Assembly: GCA_951406725.2 (NCBI GenBank)
Contig: OX597842.1
Span: 16,120,001 to 16,184,000 of the forward strand
Direction: 5' to 3'
Length of the DNA: 64,000 nt
DNA from: Octopus vulgaris
Taxonomy: Eukaryota
Shown here: positions 1 through 12,800 of the stretch, piece after piece
Layout of the letters: each line of letters starts with the position of its first letter
How positions within the stretch are numbered: position 1 is the stretch's first letter
Notes under the pieces: model-generated
Told to the model about the DNA's origin: nothing
Databases searched by the model: none
What the model saw: only the letters and a program-made list of their open reading frames with translations
Program-made: the position numbers and the translations under genes

Positions 1-434
1 TTTGTCGTCCAGGATCAGAATGGATTTCAAGATATTGTATCTCTATCGTGGTGCTATTTGGTAATAAATGATCTCGATGATGAAGATGGCGACGATGAAC
101 TTGACGATGTTTATGAGTGAGAAATGTAACAATGAAGATGAGAATAATGAGTCTGATGAGGACAGAGAGGAAGACGTCCATAGTTATCACGGTGGTAATG
201 GAGGTGAATTAAATAGATTTAAAGGAATAAGAGACTTCAGCTGATGATGGAGAAAGAGGATATTTTTACACACACGAGAAATAAAGAAAGAAGGAGAAGG
301 AGGCGAGAGGGTGAAGAGGAAGGTGAGGAAAAGGTGATGATGAAGAAAGATAAAATGTTATGAAGAACGTACGGAAGGAAATTTTACACACACGAGAAAT
401 AAAGTAGAAGGAGGCGGAAGAGGAGAAGGTGATG

Positions 435-559
435 AAGAAGAAGAAGAAAGAAGGAGCATTAGAAGAAGAAGAAGAAGAAGAAGAAGAAGAAGAAAAAGAA
501 GAAGAAGAAGAAGAAAAAGAAGAAGAAGAAGAAAAAAGAAGAAGAAGAAGAAGAAGAAG

Positions 560-590
<31 letters not shown>
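435..590. repeat. (GAA)n microsatellite
   Basis: Directly visible. Confidence 0.95.
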
Positions 591-591
<1 letters not shown>

Positions 592-594
592 GCT

Positions 595-666
595 ATATAT
601 CTTAAACTGGACAAATTTCGGAAGGTGTCTCCCTTGATTTCCTTAATATCATTAGAAGACAAATAC
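595..666 (-). pseudogene. Decayed LRR exon (both splice sites lost)
   Basis: 72 bp encoding YLSSNDIKEIKGDTFRNLSSLRY(I). The acceptor position reads ttccAA, and the donor is replaced by AGCT followed by a (TTC)n tract. Confidence 0.78.
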
Positions 667-739
667 TTGGAACACAAAATGGAGTTAAGAAGCAATTTTA
701 TGAGACATTTAGGAAAAAGGTTTGGTTAAACAATTAGAT

Positions 740-1060
740 TTTTTGCGCACCGTGCCTGAAAGGTGCAGCTCTATCTAAAATACTCCGTGTCACGTTGAAA
801 GGTCGGTCTTCTTTTAATTCCCAGGCATACTTTGCCAAGCTGGTCTTCATCCTACTTTCGGGGTTTCCGAAGGAATTTTTATGCGAATAAAATCGGGTTT
901 TGAAAGAATTTTCAGAAGCCCCGGTACAAGTTCTATATTAGCGTGAGCCTTCTATCTGCACCTTGGCTCTATACACGATTCCTTTCTCCAGACATTTTAC
1001 TTCCAACGGACAGGAGGTTCCATCATTTCAATTATAATTGTTAAAAAGAGAATAGGCACT
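740..1060 (-). mobile_element. Penelope-like element, GIY-YIG endonuclease relic; flanking sequence to ~2630 is probably from the same element
   Basis: Minus strand reads CPLEVKCLEKGIVYRAKV...GASENSFKTRFYSHKNSF...TSLAKYAWELKEDRPFNVTRSILDRAAPF, matching the PLE endonuclease C-terminus. Confidence 0.75.
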
Positions 1061-2648
1061 ATGATTATTAGCAGTTATCCTACTGTTGTGTTGGTTAAAA
1101 AAAAAGAGGCGAAGTGCACGGTGCACATAAAAGACCCATCAAATCTGATTTATGCCTGCTGGAAAAATATTTTATTTCATTCCAGGACAATAACTCTTTA
1201 AATCAAAGAAGCGAACTCTTGAATTCCTGCAGACACGCAACTGAATTTAAAATGTCGGTTAGCGATATACCATATGGATAGTGTATATTTTATTGGTTCT
1301 TGGACTAGTTTTTGATCACACTGTTGGATTTGTTTCTTATTATACATGATTTATTTCGCATCGCAAAGTTATTGTATATATTTCGAGATATTTCTCAAGA
1401 AAAACCTTCGACTGTTATACGTAAATATTATTTTCTTGTTTAAGTTTCTACATTTATTTTATTTCATTGTATTTTTATAAACCCATTTTAATCGCTTAAT
1501 TTATAGATAATTCGATTTAGAGTGTTCTAATTTGCATATCTTTTATTCGAATTTTATTATTATGCACTCAGCAATTTTTTTTTAAATGTTGTTTGAATAT
1601 ATACGTCAGGACGTAGAGATGCTTTTATGTGGATATTTGTATTGTTGGCATGCATCTATGTATATGTGTAGGTAAGCGTGTATGTTTATAATTGTGCACA
1701 TACATACATGGATGTATATGTATGCACGTGTTCACTTAGATTTGTGCAGATGTATATTTACGCACTTTCTTCCATATATTTATAAATGTGATCTGATATG
1801 TGTATTTATGCTAATATACACTTTTGTATAAACATGTATACGTAATTTTATTTTGTGTGCGTTCGTTGCACATATTCAGCCACCTATTTTTCTTTCTTCC
1901 TTCTTTTCCTTTCCTTACGGAAGGTATTTTTCTTTCCCCATTCGTTATTTGTATACAGTCCTTTAACTTCTCACTTCTCTCCCTCCTCCCACTCACCACT
2001 TTCTCTCGCTAACCGTTATATCTAAGATCCTTTATTTTCTTTTTCTTTCCCCCTCTCTGCGTTTTAAAATTCACTTCTCATCAAGATTGTCTGTCATAAC
2101 TTCTATATGTATACACCAAGTGATTTTTGCATGCGAGTATGATTGCGTACATATGTATACATGTGTATATGTATATGTGTATATATATTTACGTCTTATA
2201 TATGTCTGTATATGCATGTAGTCTGTGTGCATCCATCTGTGTATTTTGATGTATATATGTATATTAATGGTTAAATATCGCTTTATATTGTTGTAAAATA
2301 TTTCTCTAATGTAGTGTGAAAATTTTAATGTATTAATTGTATTAATTGTATTATATTTCGTATATAATCATTTGCAATATGTATTTTGAATCAGCTCTTC
2401 AATTTAAGGTTTTCTTTGACTTTTATAATAGGATGAATTTATATTGAATTCATTTTTTATTTTGTTTAGTTTGTTCATTGCATGCATAAGACCGTTGATT
2501 GAAAGGACCAATGAAGCAAATCCATTTTTAAAAGTGTATCATTTAACTAGATTTTATCATATGGTTATTTCTGTTCTATTTTAAGAAAACGGTCCGAGGA
2601 ACGGGAAGGTGAAACTCCGAGTAACAGCTTTTGGCATATTTCTGCTGC

Positions 2649-2713
<65 letters not shown>

Positions 2714-2816
2714 CAGGCATAACTTGCACTACACTTTTCCCTTCAATTGTCATACACTGATATATCCGAATTCTCAAGAATTGCCCTCTACAACATTCGC
2801 AGTGATTCACAAGCAA

Positions 2817-2855
2817 CCATCTTCGATTTCCATGATATCATTAGAATACAAGTAC
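2817..2855 (-). pseudogene. Truncated LRR half-exon
   Basis: tcccag|G TAC TTG TAT TCT AAT GAT ATC ATG GAA ATC GAA GAT GG encodes YLYSNDIMEIEDG. It then runs into sequence resembling the downstream intron of sibling cassettes and hits TGA at 2809-2807. No donor. Confidence 0.75.
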
Positions 2856-2998
2856 CTGGGACAAAAAATGAGTTACGAAGCACTTTTATGAGACATTTAT
2901 GACAGAACTTTGGTTAAAAATTTACATGAAGGAAGAGAAGAACAGCAAAGAAGAAGAAAATGAAGATGAAGAAGAAGAAAATAAAAAAGAAAGATAAG

Positions 2999-5468
2999 TG
3001 TTGTGTGGACGCCTCCAGACGATGAAGTGGATTAGCCCAATACGTAGATAGAGAGGGAGACGTCTAGACGTCAGAGAGGAGAAGGGTTGAGTAGAGGTCA
3101 TTCGAACGTGCGATATAATAGTGGCGACGAGGTTTCGAATAGTAATGAAAAGGAAGAGTTACTGAAAGCAGTCGTAAATCAACGAGAGTAGCAGCAGCAT
3201 CTACGGTTAACAGAATTGTTACTGCAGTCGAGAAATACGACCGAATCATTTTCAGCAGATGGTTTTGCAAATTCCATCGAAGAATTTCACTACAATCCGG
3301 ATGAAGGAACTACTTTTGCTGCATATTACAGACGATAGGAAGACATGTTCCGAGAGGAATGCAAGGGATGGCCTTGTGAAAGGAAGGTATGGCTCCTTTT
3401 CCGAAAGCTTGCGACTCCGGAACACGAAAGATTTTGTAACTTTATTTTGCCGAGAAAGCCCGCGGGGTTGTGTTTTGATGAAGCCATAATTATTTTGACT
3501 AATACTTTTAGTGAGTAAAAACATTCGATGAGAATGTTTAAATTTAAAGAAAAACGAGTCCGATGATTTTTTTAACATGTTCCGGTATGCTTAATAAGGC
3601 TTGCGAAAGGTTTAAGCAGGAAGAATTAACGCCAAATATGTTCAAGTGCCTAATATTCGTTAAAGGGCTAGTGGCAACGGAAGACGCGGAAATTAGAAAA
3701 AGAATATTATCAAAGTTGAATCAAGATGTGAAACTCACTTTGCAGAAAGGGGCTGAGGAAGGCCAACAAATAATAAACCTTCGAGATGATACAAGAAAGT
3801 ATGGTGCTATGGTTTCGGAGATCGACATTTGAAGAAAGATTGCTCCTTTAAAGATAAAACCTGTTTTAAGTGTGGTAAAATTGGACATATACTGACGAAA
3901 TGCCGGTCAAAGAAAATGGTAAAACAGAAGAAAGTCTACTCAACAAAAGTAAATTATATCAGACAAAATCGAAAATTTGTGTTGGTAGAAATAAATGGGT
4001 TTCAGACCAAAATGCAATTAGATTCCGGTTCGGACGTATCGATAATAAATACAGCAACATGGAGTAAGATAGGCAGACCGTTGTATAAAACAAAAACTAC
4101 TAGAATAGCCTACGGTGTGTCAGCGGAACGAGTTCAATTCTTGGGCGAAATTTCACCAGAAATAAAACTTAAAAACAGGACGCGGAAATGTAAACTAATG
4201 GTATCTAAGAATATATTGAATCTGTTTGGCACATATTTAATACAAGGATTCGACCTGTAGGATCTATCACTGAATACATTATGTAACAAGGTGAATGCGT
4301 CACAGACCGTGTCAGAGAAAGCATGGGAACAAATGAAATTAAAATTGAAAAAGATGTACCCTGTTATTTTTCCGAAAGAGCTCGGTATGTGTAAAAAATT
4401 AAAGTAAAGTTTGAGTTGAAAGAAGATGCGGTGCCGGTGTTCAAACGGAAAAGAAATGTACCTTTCGCGGCGTTAAACCAAGCTGAAAACAAATAAAAAG
4501 ATTGGAAGACATGGAAGTTATTGAAAAAGTAGATTAATCTGAGTGGGCGGCTCCTACAGTATATATAAAAAAGAAGAACAACGAGGTAAGAGTATGTGCA
4601 GACTGGTCTTAATGATTGTTTAAAAAATTACACTTATCCGCTTCCAAACCCAGAAGACATATTTGCTAAGTGCAGTGGCGGGAAAATGTTTTCCAAGCTG
4701 GATTTGTCAGAGGCCTAATTCCAATTACTGTCAGATGAAGAATGTGCTAAAGTATTAACAATCAATACTCGCAAATATGACAACATTTTTGCAGGTGTAT
4801 ACAATAACACCGAATCCAAATACAGAGTTGGGTAGGTCACCAGCAGATATGCTGCTTTCCAGAAAAATTCGTTCTATTTTTGACAAATGGTTGCCGGGCA
4901 GGAAACAGAAATAGAAAATTCGGGAAGAAAAACGAAATTTTTTAACATAGGTGACAAAGTGTATTTTAAAATATATAGAAACGGATACAGGACTGCGAAC
5001 AAGGAAGTATAACTGGACATCTGGGTAACGTGATGTACACGGTAAAAGGACCAAAATATGAACACAGAAGGCATTTAAACCAATTAAAAATATATATACC
5101 AAAAGCCAAGAGAGGCGAGAAGAACCAATGGATTTATGGTATGATTTGTTCCAGGTCCCAGGACTACAAACAAAAGTGTTCGAGGTCCCAGAACCACAAG
5201 CAAAAGCAGAACCGACACGTAGGTCGAACAGGAAGAGAAAACCTACAGAAATGATGGAAATTAACGCTAAGAGAAAAAGATATGCCAGTTTCTCACCGAG
5301 GAAATAAAATTGATAAATTTGGGTTTAAAAACTCAAAAGAGGCAGGTGTTGTGCGGACACCTCCAGACGATGAAGTAGACAAGCCCAATAAGTAGATAGA
5401 GAGGAAGAACTCTAGACGTCAGAGAAGTGAAGGGTTGAGTAGAGGTCATCCGAACGTGCAACATAACA
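2999..5468 (+). mobile_element. Internally deleted Gypsy LTR retrotransposon
   Basis: 122-bp LTRs at 2999-3120 and 5347-5468 (TG...CA in the 3' LTR). PBS TGGCGACGAG, polypurine tract AAAAGAGGCAGG, near-TSD ATAAG/AGAAG. Contains a gag knuckle CFKCGKIGHILTKC, protease LDSGS, the RT N-terminus and the integrase C-terminus. Confidence 0.92.
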
Positions 5469-5873
5469 AGAAGAAAAAGAGAAACGATAGAGATGTCAAT
5501 AATGTAGATGATACCCAATTACACATATATTTTGATACAATCGCAAATCCGCATCTATACAGAAACAAACACACACGCACACAACCACACACACACCGGC
5601 CCCTTCCCCCAAGCCATACATATAATATACGTAGTTTACTCAAAGCAAGTGTGTGAACATACACAGTTATATACACATGCATGCACTAAATGGTTTCGCC
5701 TTGCATCATGAACCCACACATCCCGTATTTCAGAAATGGACCCACACGCACGCTCTCAAATTGATGAACAATAAAACCTTTCTTTGGATGGACGGGTAAG
5801 GGATGGGCACATAATACAGATTAGGAAAGATATCGTCAATGAAATACTACAGAAGGAAACAGATTCAACTTAT

Positions 5874-5947
5874 AGATATGTGAACCTACACAAATCTCGG
5901 AGGGTGTCATATTTGATTTCCTTGATGTCATTAGAATCCCCAAGTGT
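5874..5947 (-). pseudogene. Decayed LRR exon (74 bp, frameshifted, donor ATAAGT)
   Basis: Acceptor ttccag is intact. An extra GG follows CAC TTG. Removing it gives HLDSNDIKEIKYDTLRDLCRFTY(L). The donor reads ATAAGT instead of GTAAGT. Confidence 0.8.
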
Positions 5948-6314
5948 CTGGAACATCAAATTGAGTTAAAAAGGAATTTTATAGAACATTTCTGATAGAG
6001 TTTGTGGTAAGCAATTAGATGAAAGAAGAGATGTACAGTAATTCAAATTGGTGATTAGTTTGATTACGAAGACGTTGTCGATAATGATGATGATGATGAA
6101 TCGTATGAGAGAGGAGAAGAATGAGTGCGATGGGGAGGAAGAAAACTGTTGTGATAGTGATGGTAGGTGTTGTGATATTTATAGTGATGAATATGATAAG
6201 GCAGAGGTAAAAAATACATAGTGATACTATCCATAACGAAGAGATGATGATGATGAGGAGGACGAGAGTGATGTTGTTAATGCTGATTGTTATGATAATA
6301 ATATAATGAAATTA

Positions 6315-6550
6315 TTGTATACAGTGCTCAGGTGCACCACAACTTGTCAGAGTATATGCAGTAATGTACAAATGCCTGGAAAGCGAACAATGCATGAGTC
6401 AGATACATGCTTGTGTGTGTATGGAGGGGAGAAAATCAAGTGCAGTGTTGGAGAATCTCAGAAAGCATGGAAGTTTTGAAGGATGCAGCGCTCCGACAAC
6501 TAACAACTGATGCCGGCAGTTTGTTCCATGCTTCAGCAAATCTCAGCGTA
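6315..6550 (-). mobile_element. CR1/L2-type LINE 3' end
   Basis: Minus strand reads AEAWNKLPASVVSCRSAASFKTSM (WNxLP...SFK motif) followed by a short UTR. Confidence 0.7.
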
Positions 6551-7596
6551 ATGATTGGGGATTAGCATTTAAATGGTGAATATGAATCTGATACTGAGGA
6601 TGATGACGATGATGGTAATGTGTCTGTTATCTATGATCAGGATGACCAGGAGATTGTGTATTCCTATCGTGGTGCTTTTTGGTAATCAATGATAACGATG
6701 ATGACGAGGGTGACGATAAAGTTGACGATGTTTATGTTTGAGAAAGGTAACAACGAAGATGAGAATAATGACGGTGATGAGGATGGAGAGGGAGACGTCA
6801 ATAATTATCACGGCAGTAATTGTGGCGAATTAAATTGTAGAGATTTTAGAGGAAAAGAGAACTCAGCGGATGATTGAGATTGAGAAACTCTTATGAAGAA
6901 CTCAAGAAAGAGATTTTTACACGCACGAAACGAAGAAGAAGAATAGAAGAAGGAGGAGGAGGCTGAAGTATAGGGGTAGGGGGGAAGAAGATGAAAAAGA
7001 AGATGAAGGAGAAAATAAAGAGAAAGAGAAGAAAACGTGAAACAAGTATTAATATTCAATGACGATAGAGATTTCAATAATGTAGATGATACCCAGATCT
7101 AATTACACATATATTTTGATATACTCGAATACCCGATTCTAAACACAAACAAACAGATAAGCACACAACCGGACGCACCACTGCTCACACACACACACAC
7201 CCTACACACACACACACACACTTACACGCACACACACACACACACACACACAAATATACGTATAAAATCCGTGGTGTGGTCAGAGTAAGTTTGAGAAGAT
7301 ACACAGTAATGGTACCGAAATTCATTCTCTAGATTCCATCTTCGAAGCCCATTCAATAATTATCAAGACAATTGTGTGTACGTTTGAGAATGATGGAATA
7401 GTGGAAAGGAAAGCTACATAAAGAGGTCATAACCCCATGAAGGATCATTTCAATCTGGAGCTGAAGAGATCGATCAGAAGAGATCCAAATCAATCCATAA
7501 GATTATTGGCATCTGGGGACAGAAGATGTGAAAATGAAATCGCGTATGAAACTTGTGAGGAGTCTTGATAATCCAGGACCAAAGTTTAGAAGATTG

Positions 7597-10500
7597 GAGA
7601 GGGCGAAGTTCATCTGCGACAAAGAAAAACACAGCCTTCGAGAGATATTTCACATAGATGAGAAGATATTCAGCCAAGATATGCACAGAAATAGACGCGA
7701 CAGCTGAGTTCTGGCTTCAGCTCAGGAGAAAGTCAAAAGTGTCATTTGAGGTGTAAAAACCTGATTAACTGATACTTTTCAACTGCATGATCTCTGATGT
7801 CTGATGGGAAGGGAATGTTCCTTGTCACACAAGTGTAGCGAGACAAATGTTTCACATGGATGAGTTTGCGAAAAGGTTTTAGGATAAGGGCACTTGGCCT
7901 CATTCATCACCTGGTTTGAGTATCTGGCATGAACTGTTCATAAAATAAGCTCGTGAGTAGCCCCACACTTACCTGGACGTTAAAATAGGACATTGATGAG
8001 CATTTCCATAAGAAATCTTGTGGTAAGGCAGGAAAAGGGTTGATAAAGTCTTTGGCAAACAAGGAGTAGCTGATGATGCCTAAAAGCCAGAGGTTTGGCC
8101 AGAATTCTTACTCAATCTTTCAAATAAAACTTTAAAACTTTCCATTTGACATTTATTCCAATGTTTCATGAGCTCCCAATCCTTAGCTATGTTAAATCAT
8201 AGAATTTCATCTTCACCAATTCATTCATGATTATTCATGAGAGCTTGGAGAGGAACTCACATTTCGTCTTGCTCAAAATAGGGTCCATTTGTGTTAGAAA
8301 AGCCGCTGATAGTTCTGTTACCTTTAAGTGATACTGAGACACAACGTTCCGAAGCTGTATCAAAAATCTTGACACTTTTTTCTGATATAATCGGTATCTG
8401 TACATCCATACACAAAAACTTATGACGATTAAAAGATAAACTTAGAAAACTAGAATAAAGATTTAAAAACGAGAAAAAATGATGGAATATAGTTGAATGA
8501 TGAGAATTTGAATATTAGGTAAACGGATGTTTAGAAACAAGAACATGATTACCTATGCATAAGAAGTAAGTAAAAAAGAAGCTCATTCATCCACACACCT
8601 ACACTTTCACAAACACGCTTTCACACATACACTCAGAGAAAACTATGGAGAGAGTGCACGGGTGTTAGATAGATGCACTCTAGAAAGAGAGATAGAAAAA
8701 AAGAAAGTTGGAGAAAATATTAACAATGTAGATATATGGGGAAATAGACGGTAAGAACAAAAGCGACCCAACTCACACTAGTTCTAAATTCGGAAGGTTT
8801 TCGAAGGAACCGCGTTGAATATACTTTATATTATTGCTATACAAATATCTGTAACATAAAACGGATTTCATAACAAACATATTGAAAAGATTAGTGACAA
8901 AATGTTAAATATTATGGCTAAAAAAAATAGATATAATTAAGAAATTTAAATGGAGATGATGATTAGAGAGAGGGCGAAGTCCATCTGCGACAAAGTGAAA
9001 CACAACCTTCGTGTGAGAAGATATTCACCCAGGATATGCGCACAAACTGACGCGACTACTGAGTTCTGACTTCAGCTCACGAGAAAGCCAAAAGTGTAAT
9101 TTTAGAAGCAAAAACCTGACTAAGGGATAATTTTCAACTGCATGATCTCTGATTGTAAGAGGATGTTCCTTGTCACACAAGTGTAGTGAGACAAATGTTT
9201 CCCATGGATGAGTTTGCGAAAAGATTTTAGGATAAGGACACTTGGCCTCATTCATCACCTGGTTTGCGCATCTGGCATTAACTGATGATAAAATACGCTC
9301 GTGAGTAGCCCCACACTTACCTGGACGTGGGAATAGGACATTGATGAGAATTTCCATAAGAAATCTTGTGGTAAGGCAGGAAAAGGGTTGATAAAGTCTT
9401 TGGCAAACAAGGAGTAACTCATGATGCCTAAAAACCAGAGGTTTGGCCAGAATTCTTACTCAATCTTTCAAATATCACTTTAAAACCTTCCGTTTGGACT
9501 TTATTCCAATGTTCCATGAGCTCCCAATCCTGAGCTATGTTAAAACATAGAATTTCATGTTCGCCAATTCATTCATGATTATTCATGAGAGCTTGGAGAG
9601 GAACTCACATTTCGTCTTGCTCAAAATAGTGTCCATTTGTGTTAGAAAAGCCGCTGATAGTTCTGTTACCTTTAAGTGATACTGAGACACATCGTTCCGA
9701 AGTTGTATGTAAAATTTGGAAACTTTTTTCTGATATACTCGGTGTCTGTACATCCATACACAAAAACTTATGAAGATTAAAAGATAAACTTAGAAAACTA
9801 GAATAACGATTTAAAAACGAGAAAAAATGATGGAATATAGTTGAATAATGAGAATTTGAATATTAGGTAAACGGATGTTGAGAAACAAGGACATGATTAC
9901 CTATGCATAAGAAGTAAGTAAAAAAGAAGCTCATTCATCCACACACCTACACTTTCACAAACACGCATTCACACATACACTCAGAGAAAACTATGGAGAG
10001 AGTGCACGAGTGTTAGATAGATGCACTCTAGAAAGAGAGATAGAAAAAAATAAAGTTGGAGAAAATATTAGATATATGTAGATATATGGGGAAATAGATG
10101 GTACGAACAAAAGCGACCCAACTCACAGTATTTCTAATTTCGGAAGATTTTCGAAGGCACCGCGTTGAATATACGTGATATTATTGAAACTCAAATATCT
10201 GTAACATAAAACGGATTTCATAACAAACATATAGAAAAGATTAGTGACAAAATGTTCAATATTATGGCGAAAAAAATTGATATAATTAAGAAATTTAAAT
10301 GGAGATGATGATTAGAGAGAGAGAGAGAAGTCCATCTGCGACAAAGTGAAACACAACCTTCGAGTGAGAAGATATTCACCCAGGATATGCACAAAAACTG
10401 ACGCGACATCTGAGTTCTGGCTTCAACTCACAAGAAAGCCGAAAGTGTAATTTTAGGGGCAAAAACCTAAGTGATAATTTTCAACTGCATGATCTCTGAT

Positions 10501-10612
10501 TGTAAGAGGATGTTCCTTGTCACACAAGTGTAGTGAGACAAATGTTTCCCATGGATGAGTTTGCGAAAAGGGTTTAGGATAAGGACATTTGGCCTCATTC
10601 ATCACCTGGTTT
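7597..10612. repeat. Tandem duplication, ~1.35-1.37-kb unit, ~2.2 copies
   Basis: Anchor CATCTGCGACAAAG occurs at 7611, 8982 and 10333. The units are highly similar throughout. Confidence 0.92.
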
Positions 10613-11025
10613 GAGCCCTTTAGACGTCAGCATCTGGCATGCCTTTTTACCTTTTTTTTAAAACCAAAATACAGGTGCAATCTGTTTTTCTTTCCTAACG
10701 CGCCATCGTCTGCCACTCTTGCACTCTCTCTCTCTCTTATTGACGTTTGGTGATGCTCCTCACTCGCATCCCTTTTCTCACAAATGAGTGTCGCCGTGTT
10801 TTGTTTTGCTTTCTCCATCTTCATAGATTAAACGCAAACAAATTTGACTGGAAAACAAAATCAACCGGTTCGTCCCCACAAAATGGGAGAGAAAGCAGAA
10901 AAATAAACTCACCACTCGACAGCAATTTCCACAACAGTAAAAACTTGATGGGTGCAAATACACGTATTATGTGTTTTTATTTACAAATTTCATAATCATG
11001 TCAAGCGAGGCTTGTCAGTTTGAAG

Positions 11026-11027
<2 letters not shown>

Positions 11028-11104
<77 letters not shown>

Positions 11105-11111
11105 TAAGAAT

Positions 11112-11153
<42 letters not shown>
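11028..11153. repeat. (ATT)n directly followed by (AAT)n, forming an inverted microsatellite
   Basis: Directly visible. Confidence 0.9.
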
Positions 11154-11339
11154 CATTTCTTTTATTTGTCACCAGAGTGAAGGATGAAGGGGACAATACA
11201 AAGACAGACATAAAGTGTGGAGGTTTACAGAAAATGGATTGAGAAAATGAAAAGTATACACGGTATGCATTAGAAGAAAGGAAATATACATAGTATGTGA
11301 CACTAGAAAAAGATGTTTAGTAGCGCGGAAGTACGACGA

Positions 11340-11925
11340 CGTCCTCGAGGGGTGGGGACTAAGCGTCGATGAAGATGAACTGGCAAGTCTATTCCGGAGG
11401 ACTTTCCGGTCGGGGACTTTCATGAATAATTTCCAGATGTCTTTGGCTGGTAGTGCTACCAGGGGTGGGGCTCTACCTGATCGAAATAAATTTTACATGC
11501 ATGGATGTGCTGTTAGACATGCTTTGTCCGAAGTGCTCGCAGAGGGATGAAACCGTTCTGCATGCAGCCCTCGTTTAGTGTCCGGACATTGCTGACTTGT
11601 GGAGTTTTATCGAGCAGCTGCCGTCGCGTGTAGGACAGATCCGTCTGTCGTCCGAGTCCATAATGACGATGTCCCCGCCGCCCTCCTTTAATTGGGCTGG
11701 CAAGGCTGTGCTCCTTTGTTTGGTGGCTGTCACGAAAGAAGTTATATGGTGGACGAGGCTGATGGGATTGAGGACGGAAACTTACCTCTTTGGTAAAGAC
11801 CTTCAGGCAAGTAGGGTGGTGAGGGAGGTGCTGGTCTCGAGTGAATTTATGAAAAGGTGAGTGAAAGTTGCGAAAAGGGCCAGAGTGGATAGTCCCAGAA
11901 TGTAGACCTGTGAGTCGGAAGAAGT
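11340..11925 (-). mobile_element. Penelope-like RT N-terminal fragment, inverted relative to the adjacent piece
   Basis: Minus strand has KEGGGDIVIMD, resembling the PLE DKGGAIVIMD motif. Confidence 0.5.
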
Positions 11926-11929
11926 AAGG

Positions 11930-12800
11930 TGAAATGGGCTCCTTCCACACCAAACACATAAAAATAAACATATCCTTTAACCTAGCGAAAAAAATCTGCA
12001 CCTTAGTTTCCGATACATACACTCGTGAACATAGACTCCTTGAAATTAGATCTACACTAACTAAAAGACATTACCCAATCACATTAGTAAATGAAGGCAT
12101 CAAAAGAGCTGAGGAAATAGATATACAAATTTTAAGGAAAACTAGCCGAAATACTAAACAAGACTTAAAAATACTCCTGTACATTTCCCCACATAACCCT
12201 AGAAACAACGAAGCCTTCAACTTCATCACCCAAAATCTTCCCAACCTCACAGCAGTCAAAGCAATGAACGAAATTTAAGCTCATATAAAATTATAAAAAG
12301 CAAAAAGCAACCGAAGTCACTGAAAAATTATTAACCAGCCCTAGACTGTATCCACTAACAACAGAGCCAAACGTGACAAAATGTGGACGTTCTAACTGTG
12401 GAACATGCCTCCACCTTCTGGAGGGTTCAGAATTCCAATTCAAACAAGGAGAAATATTTAAGATCAAATCAAATTTCACCTACGCCTCAGTAAATGTAAT
12501 CCATGACATGACATGCATAGGATGTGGTAAACTCTATATTGGACAAAGAGGAATTTCGCTCCGTCAAAGAATCACCATTCACAAAGAGCGAATCCGTCAC
12601 CCACAATACAGACAGTTAAAGGTGAGTGAACACATAGGAAGTGTGTCAGGAATCTTAATCCCAATTCCCAAATATTTCCCTTTTACCAATGTTCACAGAA
12701 CATCACAATGTAACAAAGGTTGAATACAGAGGCATTTTTCATCAATAAATTTCTCCCCCAACTAAATATGAACACACAACTCAATACAGAACACCACTAA
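11930..12800 (+). mobile_element. Penelope-like element: RT thumb plus GIY-YIG
   Basis: HTKHIKINISFNLAKKICTLVSD, KCGRSNCGTC, NVIHDMTCIGCGKLYIGQRGISLRQRITIH. Frameshifted. Confidence 0.85.

Noticed and set aside
740-1132. Apparent TIRs CACCGTG...CACGGTG suggesting a Transib or MITE
   Set aside because: There is no TSD, and the left copy lies within Penelope endonuclease coding sequence, so it is probably coincidental.
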